A stretch of 43,166 bases of DNA from Planctomycetia bacterium (GTDB lineage Bacteria; Planctomycetota; PLA2; JAEUHO01). Shown here piece after piece: positions 1-9,633 of the stretch. Below the pieces are notes generated by a model. That model made no database searches. It was not told the origin of the DNA and was given only the letters and a program-made list of their open reading frames with translations. The stretch lies in assembly GCA_016795345.1 (NCBI GenBank), contig JAEUHO010000223.1, positions 1 to 43,166 of the forward strand, read 5' to 3'. Position 1 is the stretch's first letter. Each line of letters starts with the position of its first letter. Both the position numbers and the translations under genes were made by a program.

Positions 1-1005
1 AAGAGCGACATCGGCATGCAGGAGATGGGCAACGTCGGGCCCACGGGCGAGCGCCTCCCCGACCCCGACGTGCTCCTCCTCTCGTACACCGGCTGCTTCA
101 CCTTCCTGAAGTGGTTCGAGCTGCTGCGCGAGAAGTACAGGTGCCCGACGGCGATGCTGCACGTGCCCTACCAGGGCGAGGGCGAGATCACGCCGTCGAT
201 GCGCAAGTACGTCGTGGACCAGCTGCGCGACAAGGTGATCCCCGTCCTCGAGCAGGTCAGCGGGCGGAAGTACGACGAGGACCGGCTGCGCGAGAACCTC
301 GTCCGGTCGGCGAAGGCCGAGGACGACCTGGTCGCGGTGCTGCAGTCGGCCAAGCACACGCCGTCGCCCATCGACGCGTGGTTCGGCGGCGTCTACTACA
401 TCGGCCCGATCTTCACGTCGTTCCGCGGGACGCAGGACGCGGTGGACTACTACCGCGAGCTGCGGGCCGAGGTCGAGGAGCGGATCGCGGAGGGCAAGGG
501 CCCCGTCTCGCCCGAGGGCGACGTGACCGAGCGGTACCGCGTCGTGGTCGAGGGGCCGCCCTCGTGGACCCACTTCCGCGAGCTGTGGAAGATGTTCGCC
601 GACGAGGGCGCCGTCGCCGTCGCGTCCACGTACACCAAGGTCGGCGGCGTCTACGACCTCGGCTTCCGCCACGACCCGTCGCGCCCGCTCGAGACGCTGG
701 CCGACTACTGCATGGGCTGCTACACGAACCTGAACCTGCCGTCGCGCGTGGACATGATCGCGAAGTACGTGCAGGAGTACGCCGCCGACGGCTTCCTCAT
801 CAACAGCGTGAAGTCGTGCAAGTCGTTCAGCGCCGGCCAGCTCGTCATCCTGCGCGAGGTCGAGAAGCGCACGGGCAAGCCGGGCGGGTTCGTCGAGAGC
901 GACCTCGTGGACCCGCGCTACTTCTCCGGCGCCAACATCAAGAACCGGCTTGAGTCCTACTTCCAGATGATCGCCCAGAAGCGGGCGGGCAAGGAGGCGT
1001 CGTGA
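1..1005 (+). CDS. Benzoyl-CoA reductase / 2-hydroxyacyl-CoA dehydratase family, B (beta)-type subunit (BcrB/BadE-like). C-terminal part only; the 5' end lies outside the window.
   Basis: The frame is open from base 1. The sequence has an HGD-D family look ([26 protein letters not shown]). It is followed by two BcrA/BcrD-type ATPase genes in the C-B-A-D order. Its stop overlaps the next start (GTGA at 1002-1005). Confidence 0.72.
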   Translation, partial: KSDIGMQEMGNVGPTGERLPDPDVLLLSYTGCFTFLKWFELLREKYRCPTAMLHVPYQGEGEITPSMRKYVVDQLRDKVIPVLEQVSGRKYDEDRLRENLVRSAKAEDDLVAVLQSAKHTPSPIDAWFGGVYYIGPIFTSFRGTQDAVDYYRELRAEVEERIAEGKGPVSPEGDVTERYRVVVEGPPSWTHFRELWKMFADEGAVAVASTYTKVGGVYDLGFRHDPSRPLETLADYCMGCYTNLNLPSRVDMIAKYVQEYAADGFLINSVKSCKSFSAGQLVILREVEKRTGKPGGFVESDLVDPRYFSGANIKNRLESYFQMIAQKRAGKEAS

Positions 1006-2333
1006 AGTACGCCGTCGGCATCGACCTCGGCTCCACCACGACGAAGGCCGTCGTCATCGGGACCGAGGGGCAGGTCCTCGGGCACGGCATCACCAACAGC
1101 CGCAGCAACTACGACCTGGCCTGCCAGGTCGCGCTCACCGAGGCCCTCATCCACACCCGCTTCTGCCTCGTCGAGTCGCAGCTCGCGGCCCGGGGCGTCG
1201 AGGGCCCGGCGGCCAAGCGCGTGCTGGCGGAGCTCGAGCTCCGCTTCCGCGAGCAGCAGTACCGCGGGCAGCTGCGCGTCCTCGACGCCGTCACCCGCCG
1301 GATGGCGGCGACGTCGCCGCCGGGGACGCTGGCGTCCCTCGACCGCGTCCTGGCGTCGATGGAGGCCGAGGTCGGCTCGCTCTTCACCCTCGGGGCGACC
1401 CGGAAGAGCGACTTCTTCCGCGACCTCGCCGGCGCGCGGTTCCTCTCGCTCGCCGAGGACGAGGCCCGCCGCTCGGGCGTGCGGTTCGAGGGCATCGTCG
1501 GGCTGTTCGACAAGGCCATCCTCGAGGTCGAGAACACCCCGTGGGACGGGGGCGCGTTCGAGAGCCAGATCGGCAACGCGCTCGCGAGCACGGCGTCCCG
1601 GACGCCGGAGCTCGACGCGGCCGTGCGCCGCGCCACCGACGTCCCCCTCGAGAAGATCGCGGCGGTGGGCACGGGCTACGGGCGGTCGAGGCTCCCGTTC
1701 CCCAAGGAACAGATCCGCTCCGAGATCCTCTGCCACGGGCTCGGCGCCCACGCGATGTTCCCGCTGACGCGGACCGTGCTCGACATCGGCGGCCAGGACA
1801 CGAAGGCCATCCAGGTGGACGAGCGCGGCATCGTGACGTCGTTCCAGATGAACGACCGGTGCGCCGCGGGCTGCGGGCGCTACCTCGGCTACATCGCCGA
1901 CGAGATGAACCTCGGCCTGCACGAGCTGGGCCCCCTGGCGCAGTCCTCGACGCGGTCCGTCCGCATCAACTCGACGTGCACGGTGTTCGCGGGGGCCGAG
2001 CTGCGCGAGCGGCTCTCCCTCGGCGAGAAGCGCGAGGACATCCTCGCCGGCCTGCACCGCGCGATCGTGCTGCGCGCCATGTCGCTGCTGGCCCGGAGCG
2101 GCGGCGTCAAGGACCAGTTCACGTTCACCGGCGGCGTCGCCAAGAACCCCGCCGCGGTGAAGGCCCTCCGGGGCCTGATCACGGAGAACTACGGCGAGCT
2201 GCGCATGAACATCTCGCCCGACTCCATCTACACCGGCGCGCTCGGCGCGGCGCTCTTCGCGCTCCGCGACGCGCAGGGGACCCCGATGCCGGAGCCCGCG
2301 CTCGCCACGAACGGAGGCACCCATGCCCACTGA
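1002..2333 (+). CDS. BcrA/BadF-like ATPase subunit (BcrAD_BadFG / 2-hydroxyglutaryl-CoA dehydratase activator family, long form of about 440 aa)
   Basis: N-terminal [18 protein letters not shown] (ASKHA phosphate-1 motif), [10 protein letters not shown], and [12 protein letters not shown] (cluster-bridging Cys region). The 443-aa length matches the A-type subunit, which carries an insertion. Confidence 0.8.
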   Translation: MKYAVGIDLGSTTTKAVVIGTEGQVLGHGITNSRSNYDLACQVALTEALIHTRFCLVESQLAARGVEGPAAKRVLAELELRFREQQYRGQLRVLDAVTRRMAATSPPGTLASLDRVLASMEAEVGSLFTLGATRKSDFFRDLAGARFLSLAEDEARRSGVRFEGIVGLFDKAILEVENTPWDGGAFESQIGNALASTASRTPELDAAVRRATDVPLEKIAAVGTGYGRSRLPFPKEQIRSEILCHGLGAHAMFPLTRTVLDIGGQDTKAIQVDERGIVTSFQMNDRCAAGCGRYLGYIADEMNLGLHELGPLAQSSTRSVRINSTCTVFAGAELRERLSLGEKREDILAGLHRAIVLRAMSLLARSGGVKDQFTFTGGVAKNPAAVKALRGLITENYGELRMNISPDSIYTGALGAALFALRDAQGTPMPEPALATNGGTHAH

Positions 2334-3198
2334 CCCGACCCTCGCCGCCGCGCGCCACGGCACCGTCCGCACGGTCGGCCTCGACGTCGGCTCGTCCGCC
2401 GTCAAGCTGGTCGTGATGGAGGACGGCCCCGCGGGCCCCAAGCTCCTCGGCCACGTGACCGAGCGCCTGCGGCGCCGCGACCCCACGGCCGTCGCGGAGT
2501 CCGTCTTCCACGACGCGCTCGCGGGCCTCGGCCTCCGCCCGGACGAGCTCGCGTACGTCGCCACGACCGGCGAGGCCGAGGCGGTCGCGTTCCGCACGGG
2601 CCACTTCTACGGCATGACGACCCACGCCCGCGGCGCGCTCTTCCTCGACCCCGAGGCGCGCGCGGCCGTCGACATCGGCGCCCTGCACACCCGCGCGATC
2701 CTGATGGACGAGCGCGGCAAGGTGCTCGGCTACCGCATGACGAGCCAGTGCGCCTCGGGCTCCGGCCAGTTCCTCGAGAACATCTGCCGGTACCTCGGCG
2801 TCACCCTCGAGGAGATCGGCCCGCTCTCCGTCCAGGCCAAGACCCCCGAGAAGTGCTCGTCGATCTGCGCCGTGCTCGCCGAGACCGACGTCATCAACAT
2901 GGTCTCGCGCGGCATCGCGACGGCCGACATCCTGAAGGGCATCCACCAGTCGATGGCCGGGCGCTACCTCCGGCTGCTCGCCTCCGCGGGCCCGGCCGGG
3001 GTCGTCCTCGTCACCGGCGGCCTCTCGGCCGACATCGGCCTCGTCGCCGCGATGCGGGAGGGCACGGGCGAGATCAAGCAGAAGCTCGACATCCGCACGC
3101 ACCCGCACTCCGTGCTCGCCGGCGCCATCGGCGCCGCGCTCTGGGGCGCGTTCCGCGCGCGGAGGATGGCCGCGAAGGCGGTGGGGGGCGCCGCTTGA
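2323..3198 (+). CDS. BcrD/BadG-like ATPase subunit (BcrAD_BadFG family, short form)
   Basis: [25 protein letters not shown] and [13 protein letters not shown] motifs; 291 aa. It overlaps the upstream gene by 11 nt. Confidence 0.8.
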   Translation: MPTDPTLAAARHGTVRTVGLDVGSSAVKLVVMEDGPAGPKLLGHVTERLRRRDPTAVAESVFHDALAGLGLRPDELAYVATTGEAEAVAFRTGHFYGMTTHARGALFLDPEARAAVDIGALHTRAILMDERGKVLGYRMTSQCASGSGQFLENICRYLGVTLEEIGPLSVQAKTPEKCSSICAVLAETDVINMVSRGIATADILKGIHQSMAGRYLRLLASAGPAGVVLVTGGLSADIGLVAAMREGTGEIKQKLDIRTHPHSVLAGAIGAALWGAFRARRMAAKAVGGAA

Positions 3199-3938
3199 GC
3201 GGGCCCCTGCCGGTCCCCGACGGCCTCGACCTCGCGGGCCGCGTCGCGCTCGTCACGGGCGCGGGCGGCGGCATCGGGTCGGCGACGGCCGCGCGCCTCG
3301 CGCGCGCGGGCGCGACCGTGCTCGCGGTGGACCTCCCCGGCCGCGAGGGTCCGCCGGGCACGCGCTCGCTCGCCTGCGACCTCGGCGACGCCGCGGCGAT
3401 CCGCGCGCTCGTCGCCGACGTGGCCGCCGCGCCCGGCCGGCTCGACGTCCTCGTGCACGCCGCGGGCGTCACCGGCGACGCCATGCTCTGGAAGATGGAG
3501 GACGCGGCCTGGGAGCGCGTGCTCCGCGTCAACCTCGACTCCGCGTTCCACCTCCTCAAGGGCTTCGCGCCGCTGCTGCGCGCCGCGGGCGCCGCGTCCG
3601 TCGTGCTCGTCGCGTCCATCAACGGGCAGCGCGGCAAGCTCGGCCAGGCGAACTACGCCGCGAGCAAGGCCGGGCTCATCGCGCTCGGCAAGACCGCGGC
3701 CCTCGAGCTCGGGCGCCACGGCGTCCGCGTGAACTCCGTCGCGCCCGGCTGGATCGACACGCCCATGACCGCGTCGATCCCCGCCGCGTTCAAGCAGCGC
3801 GCGATCGACGAGTCCGCCCTCGGGCGGACCGGCACCCCCGACGACGTCGCGGGCGCCGTCCTCTTCCTCTGCTCGGGCCTGGCGCGGCACGTCACCGGCC
3901 AGGTCCTCCGCGTGGACGGCGGTCAGCTGACCGCCTAG
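3195..3938 (+). CDS. Short-chain dehydrogenase/reductase (FabG/BadH-like)
   Basis: TGAGGGIGSA Rossmann motif and the YAASKAGL (YxxxK) catalytic motif. A TTG start at 3195 overlaps the upstream stop (TTGA). The long upstream extension of track ORF 2748..3938 lies inside the previous gene. Confidence 0.85.
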   Translation: MSGPLPVPDGLDLAGRVALVTGAGGGIGSATAARLARAGATVLAVDLPGREGPPGTRSLACDLGDAAAIRALVADVAAAPGRLDVLVHAAGVTGDAMLWKMEDAAWERVLRVNLDSAFHLLKGFAPLLRAAGAASVVLVASINGQRGKLGQANYAASKAGLIALGKTAALELGRHGVRVNSVAPGWIDTPMTASIPAAFKQRAIDESALGRTGTPDDVAGAVLFLCSGLARHVTGQVLRVDGGQLTA

Positions 3939-3955
3939 GGCGCAAAGGAGACCCC

Positions 3956-4474
3956 ATGGACCCGCTCCCCAACACCACCGTCCGCAGCCTCGAGGCGAAG
4001 GACGTGGACGCCGTGGTCGCGCTCGACGCGCGCATCGTCGGCCGCCGCCGCGACGGCTACCTCCGCCCGAAGCTCGCCGAGGCCCTGAAGGACGTCGGCA
4101 TCCGCGCGTCGCTCGTCGTCGAGCACGACGGCCGCCCCGCGGGCTTCCTCCTCGCCAAGGTCTGGTACGGCGAGTTCGGCGAGCTCGACCCCGTCGCGGT
4201 GCTCGACACCATCGGCGTCGACCCGCTCCTGCGCGCGCACGGCCTCGCGACGGAGATGCTCGACCAGCTCCGCATGAACCTCGCGGCGCTCGGCATCCGC
4301 ACGCTGCGCACCGAGGTGAGCTGGCGCAACCCCGAGCTGCTCACGTTCTTCCACCGCGAGGGCTTCGTGCCCGCGCAGCGGCTCTGCCTCGAGGCCGACC
4401 CCGCGGCGCCCGAGGTCCGGGCGCGCCGCGAGGCGCGGCTCGAGCGCCAGGGCGGCGAGGCGGCGGCCCGCTGA
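3956..4474 (+). CDS. GNAT family N-acetyltransferase
   Basis: 172 aa with GNAT-like motif A (LRAHGLATEML) and a GFxP-type C-terminal end (HREGFVP). AAGGAGA lies just upstream of the ATG. Confidence 0.68.
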   Translation: MDPLPNTTVRSLEAKDVDAVVALDARIVGRRRDGYLRPKLAEALKDVGIRASLVVEHDGRPAGFLLAKVWYGEFGELDPVAVLDTIGVDPLLRAHGLATEMLDQLRMNLAALGIRTLRTEVSWRNPELLTFFHREGFVPAQRLCLEADPAAPEVRARREARLERQGGEAAAR

Positions 4475-4507
4475 AGGCCGCGGCGGGGGGGCGGTCGGGG
4501 GTCCGGG

Positions 4508-4520
4508 ACCGCGAGGCCCG
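4508..4520 (+). repeat. Dispersed motif variant ACCGCGAGGCCCG in the nrdJ leader (an inverted variant lies at 4633-4645)
   Basis: 11/12 match. It is embedded in a longer hairpin, CCGGGACCGCG...CGCGGGTCCCGG. Confidence 0.7.
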
Positions 4521-4553
4521 TGCGCCCGCGCGCCCGCGGGTCCCGGGCCGCCG

Positions 4554-6731
4554 GTGTGCCAAGATGGGCGGATGCCGGCCCGCCGCCCCCGACCCCGCCG
4601 CCGCGCCCGACGCGAGGCCCGCGACCGCGGACCGGGCCTCGCCGTCCCGCGCGTATTCTCCGTCGCCGGCGTCGACCCGTACGCCGCGGTGGCCTGGCGT
4701 CGCCGCAACGCGCGGATCGACGACGCCGAGGGCCGCCCGGTCTTCGAGCAGCGCGGCGTCGAGGCGCCGGCGTCCTGGAGCGACCAGGCCGTCGACCTCG
4801 TCGCGTCGCGGTACTTCGCGGGGCGCCTCGGCACCGCGGCGCGCGAGCGCAGCGTGCGCGCGCTCGTCGCGCGCGTCGTCGGGACCGTCGCGGGCTGGGT
4901 CCGCGCGGGCGGCGTGCTCGCCGGCGCGGGCGACGCCGCGGCGTTCGAGGCCGAGCTCGCGTCGCTGCTGCTGCAGCAGCGGGCGTCGTTCAACTCGCCC
5001 GTGTGGTTCAACGTCGGCGTCGAGCCCCAGCCGCAGTGCAGCGCGTGCTTCATCCTCGGCGTCGAGGACCACCTGCCGTCGATCCTCGAGCTCGCGACCG
5101 TCGAGGGGCGCGTGTTCAGCCGCGGCAGCGGCGCGGGGTCGAACTTCTCGGCCCTCCGAGCGTCGAGCGAGCCCACGCGCACCGGCGGCCTCGCGGCGGG
5201 CCCCGTCGCGTTCCTGCGCGGCCTCGACGCGCTCGCCGGCGCGGTGAAGAGCGGCGGCCGCACCCGTCGCGCGGCCAAGATGGCGATCCTCGACGCCGAC
5301 CACCCCGACGTGCTGGCGTTCGTCGAGAGCAAGGCGATCGAGGAGGCGCGGGCGCGGGCGCTCGCCGCCGCGGGCCTCGACCGGCTCGACGGCGCGCACG
5401 GGCCGTCCGTCGCGTTCCAGAACGAGAACCACTCGGTGCGCCTGCCGGACGCGTTCCTGCGCGCGGTCGCGCGGGACGGCGCGTGGACGCTGCGGCCGCG
5501 CACCGCGGCGGGACGGCCCACGAAGGTCCGCGCGCGCGACCTGCTGCGCGCGGCCGCGCGCGCCGCCCACGACTGCGGCGACCCGGGCGTGCAGTTCGCC
5601 GACACCATCGAGCGCTGGAACCCGGTGCCGGTGACCGGCCCGATCCGTGCCACGAACCCGTGCGCCGAGTTCGTCTTCCTCGACGACACCGCGTGCAACC
5701 TCGCGTCGATCAACGTGCTCGCGTTCCGCGACCCGGTCCGCGGGGTCGACGTGGACCGGCTCGCGGCGGCGGTCCGCGTGCTGACGATCGCGATGGAGAC
5801 GCTCGTCGGGCACGCGTCGTACCCGACGCCGCGGATCGCCGACCGGTCGGCGAGGCTGCGGCCCCTGGGCCTCGGCGTCACGAACCTCGGGGCCCTCCTG
5901 TTGTCCCTCGGCCTGCCCTACGACGGCGACGCGGGCCGCGCGCTCGCCGCGGGCGTGATGGCGCTCGTCGGGGGCGAGGCGACGCGCACGTCCGCGCGGC
6001 TCGCGGCGCGCCTCGGGCCGTTCGACGCGTGGGCCGCGAACCGCGCGCCCGCCCTCGCGGTGCTCGGGCGCCACGTCCGCGCGGCGCACCGCCTCGACCG
6101 GCGGCTCGTCCCCGCGGCGCTGCGGGCCGCCGCCGTCGAGGCGTGGGACGACGCCGCGGCGCGCGCGGCCGCGGACGGCCTGCGGAACGCCCAGGTCACC
6201 GCCATCGCGCCGACCGGGACCATCTCGTTCCTCATGGACTGCGACACGACGGGCGTCGAGCCCGCGCTCGCGCTCCGCCAGGAGAAGTCGCTGACGGAGG
6301 GCGGCGTGCTGCGGCTCGTGCTCCGCTGCCTGCCGGCGGCCCTGGAGGCGCTGGGCTACGACGCGGCGACCGCGGCCGGCGTGCTCGCGCACGTGGACGC
6401 GACCGGCGGGGTGGACGGCGCGCCCGGCCTCGCGCCGGACCACGCCGACGTCTTCCGGACGGCGCTGCCGACCCGTCCCGGCGGCCCCGCGCTCCCGGCG
6501 CGCGCGCACCTCGCCATGATGGCGGCGCTCCAGCCGTTCGTCTCGGGCGCCATCAGCAAGACGGTCAACCTGCCCGCCGACGCCACGGTGGAGGACGTCG
6601 AGGCGACGTTCCTCGAGGCGTGGCGGCTCGGGCTCAAGGCCGTCGCCGTCTACCGCGACCGCAGCAAGGTGACCCAGCCGCTCGCGCCGGCGGCGCCGCC
6701 GGTCTGCACGGCGTCGAGCGGGTGCGACTGA
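4554..6731 (+). CDS. nrdJ: Adenosylcobalamin-dependent (class II) ribonucleotide reductase
   Basis: NSPVWFNVG, CSACFI, GSGAGSNFSALR, KSGGRTRRAAKM, NPCAEFVFLDDTACNLASIN, APTGTISF and ISKTVNLP motifs, plus a C-terminal Cys pair (CTASSGC). The start is either GTG 4554 or ATG 4572. Confidence 0.92.
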   Translation: MCQDGRMPARRPRPRRRARREARDRGPGLAVPRVFSVAGVDPYAAVAWRRRNARIDDAEGRPVFEQRGVEAPASWSDQAVDLVASRYFAGRLGTAARERSVRALVARVVGTVAGWVRAGGVLAGAGDAAAFEAELASLLLQQRASFNSPVWFNVGVEPQPQCSACFILGVEDHLPSILELATVEGRVFSRGSGAGSNFSALRASSEPTRTGGLAAGPVAFLRGLDALAGAVKSGGRTRRAAKMAILDADHPDVLAFVESKAIEEARARALAAAGLDRLDGAHGPSVAFQNENHSVRLPDAFLRAVARDGAWTLRPRTAAGRPTKVRARDLLRAAARAAHDCGDPGVQFADTIERWNPVPVTGPIRATNPCAEFVFLDDTACNLASINVLAFRDPVRGVDVDRLAAAVRVLTIAMETLVGHASYPTPRIADRSARLRPLGLGVTNLGALLLSLGLPYDGDAGRALAAGVMALVGGEATRTSARLAARLGPFDAWAANRAPALAVLGRHVRAAHRLDRRLVPAALRAAAVEAWDDAAARAAADGLRNAQVTAIAPTGTISFLMDCDTTGVEPALALRQEKSLTEGGVLRLVLRCLPAALEALGYDAATAAGVLAHVDATGGVDGAPGLAPDHADVFRTALPTRPGGPALPARAHLAMMAALQPFVSGAISKTVNLPADATVEDVEATFLEAWRLGLKAVAVYRDRSKVTQPLAPAAPPVCTASSGCD

Positions 6732-6828
6732 CGGCTTGACCGGGCCTTCGCGCGGGATTCATCGAACGACAGTGCGGGGCGTCCGGCGCGACCGTGGTAC
6801 GTTCCAAGGCTCCTCCGGAGTCCCGCCC

Positions 6829-8004
6829 GTGGCGTTCCCCCGCGTCCTGCTCGTCACCGCCTCCGCGGGGAACGGGCACACGCGCGCGTCGGCGGCGATC
6901 GCGGCGGCGCTCCGCGCGCGCCATCCGACCATCGACGTGGCCGAGGTGGACGTCATCACGCGCCTGCCGCGGTGGCACGGCCACACCTACAAGGCCGGCT
7001 ACGTCCGCCTCGTCGACCGCCACCCGCTCGTCTGGCGCGCGATCTACGAGGACACGGACCGCCAGGTGACCGCCCTCGGCCACCTGCTGTCGGTGTGGGC
7101 CGGCCGCCGGTTCCTGCGCGAGTCCATCGCGTGGCGCCCGGACCTCGTGGTCTCGACGCAGTTCCTGCCGCCCGAGCTCTTCGCGTGGGCCCACCGGAAG
7201 GGCTGGACGAAGGTGCCGCTCCACACCGTCGTCACCGACCACGACGCGCACCGCATCTGGTGGCAGCCCGAGGTGGAGCAGTACTACGTCGCGAGCGACC
7301 TCGTGCGCGCGCGGCTGTCCTACCGCTTCGCCGTCCCGTTCGACCGCATCCACGTGACGGGCATCCCGATCGACGCCGGGTTCCGCGCGCGCCGCGACCC
7401 CGTCGCGATCCGGGCGCGCCTCGGCCTCGACCCGGCGCGGCCGACGGTCCTCTTCCTGTCGGGCGGGTTCGCGCCCGGGCCCATGGCCGCGTCGATCCTC
7501 GGCATCTGGCAGGACCGCCCGGACGTGCAGGTGGTCGCCGTCTGCGGGCGCAACGTGCGGCTCGCGCGGCGGATCGCCGACCTCCCGCGGCCGGAGGGCG
7601 GCACGCTGCACGTGCTCGGCTTCCGCGACGACGTGCCCGACCTGATGACCGTCGCCGACCTCGTCGTCGGCAAGAGCGGCGGGCTCACGATGTCGGAGTG
7701 CCTCGCGGTGGGGCGGCCGTTCGTCGTGTCGCACGCGATCGCGGGCCAGGAGGAGCGCAACGCGGACGCGCTGCTCACGGGCGGTGGGGGCGTGAAGGCG
7801 CCGACCCCCGAGGAGGTGCGCTGGCACGTCGTGCGCCTGCTCGCGCGCCCGGACGAGCTGCGCGCGATGGCGGCGCGCGCCCGCGCGATGGGGCGACCCG
7901 AGGCGGCGGACCTCGTCGCGGACCGGATCGCCGAGCGGGTCCACCCGACCGTGGCGGTCCCTCTCCCGCCCCACGGCGCGCCCCGCCTCGCCCCGCGCGC
8001 CTGA
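6829..8004 (+). CDS. GT28-family glycosyltransferase (MGDG-synthase/UgtP/MurG-like diacylglycerol glycosyltransferase)
   Basis: N-terminal VLLVTASAGNGHTRAS and C-terminal GKSGGLTMSECLAVGRPFV. I prefer the GTG at 6829, which has GGAG 9 nt upstream. The track ORF starts at TTG 6736. Confidence 0.75.
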   Translation: MAFPRVLLVTASAGNGHTRASAAIAAALRARHPTIDVAEVDVITRLPRWHGHTYKAGYVRLVDRHPLVWRAIYEDTDRQVTALGHLLSVWAGRRFLRESIAWRPDLVVSTQFLPPELFAWAHRKGWTKVPLHTVVTDHDAHRIWWQPEVEQYYVASDLVRARLSYRFAVPFDRIHVTGIPIDAGFRARRDPVAIRARLGLDPARPTVLFLSGGFAPGPMAASILGIWQDRPDVQVVAVCGRNVRLARRIADLPRPEGGTLHVLGFRDDVPDLMTVADLVVGKSGGLTMSECLAVGRPFVVSHAIAGQEERNADALLTGGGGVKAPTPEEVRWHVVRLLARPDELRAMAARARAMGRPEAADLVADRIAERVHPTVAVPLPPHGAPRLAPRA

Positions 8005-8082
8005 CGAGACGAAGGGCTACGACCCCGTTGTCTCGCTGTCGACACCGAGACGAAGGGCTACGACCCCGTTGTCTCGCTGTCG
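8005..8082. repeat. Perfect 37-bp direct repeat x2 (8005-8041 and 8046-8082, 41-bp period); each unit is an imperfect hairpin
   Basis: The unit cgagacgaagggctacgaccccgttgtctcgctgtcg occurs twice, identically. Within each unit, CGAGACGA.GGG / CCC.TTGTCTCG pairs as about 11 bp (one G-T pair, one mismatch) around the loop CTACGAC. The repeat fills the gap between convergent genes. Confidence 0.9.
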
Positions 8083-8098
8083 GCGGAGGTGGGGAGGG

Positions 8099-8431
8099 TC
8101 AGGACGCCGGGGGGGTGCGGCCGACGACGAGGCGCTCGACCGGACGGCCGTGCACGAGGTGCTCCTCGAGGATTTCCGGGACGTCGGCCGGCGTCACCTT
8201 GCCGTACCAGATCCCCTCGGGGTAGACGACCACGGCGGCGCCCATCGCGCACGCGTCGAGGCAACCGGCCTTCTGCGCGCGGATCTCGCCCGCGAGCCCG
8301 CGGGTCTTGAGCGCCACCTTGAAGGCCTCGAGCACCGCGCCGGCCCAGCGGGCGTTGCAGCAGCCGCGGGGGTCGTCGGCGGCGCGTTCGTTCTGGCAGA
8401 CGAAGACGTGGCGTCGGAACGGGAACGGCAT
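8099..8431 (-). CDS. Thioredoxin-like [2Fe-2S] ferredoxin
   Basis: HVFVCQNER...RGCC...GCLDAC...VVVYPEGIWYG pattern. Start taken at the ATG of MPFPFRRHVFVC. Confidence 0.75.
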   Translation of the reverse strand: MPFPFRRHVFVCQNERAADDPRGCCNARWAGAVLEAFKVALKTRGLAGEIRAQKAGCLDACAMGAAVVVYPEGIWYGKVTPADVPEILEEHLVHGRPVERLVVGRTPPAS

Positions 8432-8495
8432 CGGGGGGCTCCGGGGGACCGCGGCGGCCATGGTAGGGTGCGCCGGACGTCCGGAGGCTCGTGAC

Positions 8496-9608
8496 GTGCA
8501 CCGATTCCTCGCCCCGATCGCGGCCGGGCTCGTGGCCGCGGCCGCCGCCGGTCCGGCCCGCGCCGAAGACGCCGTCCGCTATCGCCCCGGCCCCGCCGGG
8601 ACGCCCGCGGGCGCGTGCCTGCCGTGCGCGCCCCGCCCCCTCGACCCGTGCGACCCGCGCTGCGACGTGCGGCGCGGGCCCATCGAGGTGCGCGACATGT
8701 ACGTCCTCGCGCAGCCCCGGCTCACGCTGCCGGCGGTGTCGCCCGACACGCTCGGGTGCGGGCGCTCGTCGGTGCGCGCCCAGTTCCACTGGAGCAACTC
8801 GTTCGGCTGGCGGCAGGACGTCACCGGCGAGAACCCCGGCATCCGCTACTTCCTCGTCGACGGCGAGACCCGGACGGTGGACGTGACGTTCCTGCACGGC
8901 GTCACCGACGACCTCGACCTCGGCGTGCGCGTGCCCTACCACTGGCGCGGGCCCGGCGTCCTCGACGACGTGATCGACGCCTTCCACGGCCTCGTCCCCG
9001 ACCTCCTGCAGGACAACAAGCGGGACGACTTCGAGAACGACCGGTACCGCGTGAACGGCCTCCTCGAGGACGGCTCACCCTTCGACGCCGACGACGCGAC
9101 GGGCGGCGGGCTCGGGAACGTCGAGGGCATCGCGCGCTGGCGGTTCGTGGACGGCGGGCGCGACGGCCTCTCGCTCGCGGCGGTCGCGCGCGTGACGGCG
9201 CCCACGGGCAGCGCGCCCTTCGACACCGACGGCGTCGAGGCGGGCCTGCAGCTCGTCGCCGCCCGACGCCTCTCCGCGCGCTGGGACCTCTTCGGCGGCA
9301 TCGGCGAGACCTGGTACGAGGAGCCGACCTACCAGGGCCTCCGGTACGCCGAGTGGCGGACGACCCTGTTCGTCGCGGCGGAGTGGCGGTTCGCCTCGCG
9401 GGCCAGCCTCCTGCTCCAACTCGACTACACCGGCCCGCTCGCCGCGGACGTCGCGAACTTCGCCCCCGACCTCCTGTACACACAGGTCGGCGTGAAGGTG
9501 GACGTGGCCCCGGGCACGCGCGTCGAGATCGGGTTCACGGAGAACATCGTGAACCAGCAGACCACCGCCGACTTCGGCATGTGGTTCGGCGTCGAGCACC
9601 TCTGGTGA
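8496..9608 (+). CDS. Putative outer-membrane beta-barrel protein (DUF3187-like)
   Basis: A GTG start gives the signal peptide VHRFLAPIAAGLVAAAAAGPARA/ED. The body has alternating beta-strand-like segments, and the C-terminus ends in an aromatic residue (...GVEHLW). The family assignment is from memory only. Confidence 0.55.
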   Translation: MHRFLAPIAAGLVAAAAAGPARAEDAVRYRPGPAGTPAGACLPCAPRPLDPCDPRCDVRRGPIEVRDMYVLAQPRLTLPAVSPDTLGCGRSSVRAQFHWSNSFGWRQDVTGENPGIRYFLVDGETRTVDVTFLHGVTDDLDLGVRVPYHWRGPGVLDDVIDAFHGLVPDLLQDNKRDDFENDRYRVNGLLEDGSPFDADDATGGGLGNVEGIARWRFVDGGRDGLSLAAVARVTAPTGSAPFDTDGVEAGLQLVAARRLSARWDLFGGIGETWYEEPTYQGLRYAEWRTTLFVAAEWRFASRASLLLQLDYTGPLAADVANFAPDLLYTQVGVKVDVAPGTRVEIGFTENIVNQQTTADFGMWFGVEHLW

Positions 9609-9633
9609 CGCGGCCGCGCCGGGGCGGGGCGAC

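Noticed and set aside
957-2597. 546-aa minus-strand ORF, and similar very long antisense or off-frame ORFs throughout the track (for example 3935..5881, 4341..6509, 4520..6739, 6634..7974, 10691..12835, 13918..17205, 15339..18215, 18298..21516, 18393..21272, 22250..24682, 24198..27449, 24896..27313, 28172..29998, 29992..31791, 30576..33350, 32635..36024, 34232..36181, 36332..39133 and 37615..39684)
   Set aside because: Their translations are Arg/Ala/Gly/Pro-rich low-complexity sequence with no motifs. Each fully overlaps a frame that carries clear family signatures and near-100% G/C third positions. Long stop-free alternative frames are expected at this GC content.
4475-4553. Cobalamin riboswitch upstream of nrdJ (and at 13811-13959 upstream of icmF)
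   Set aside because: The leaders are too short and no B12-box-like core is visible. They contain only GC hairpins and the dispersed motif.
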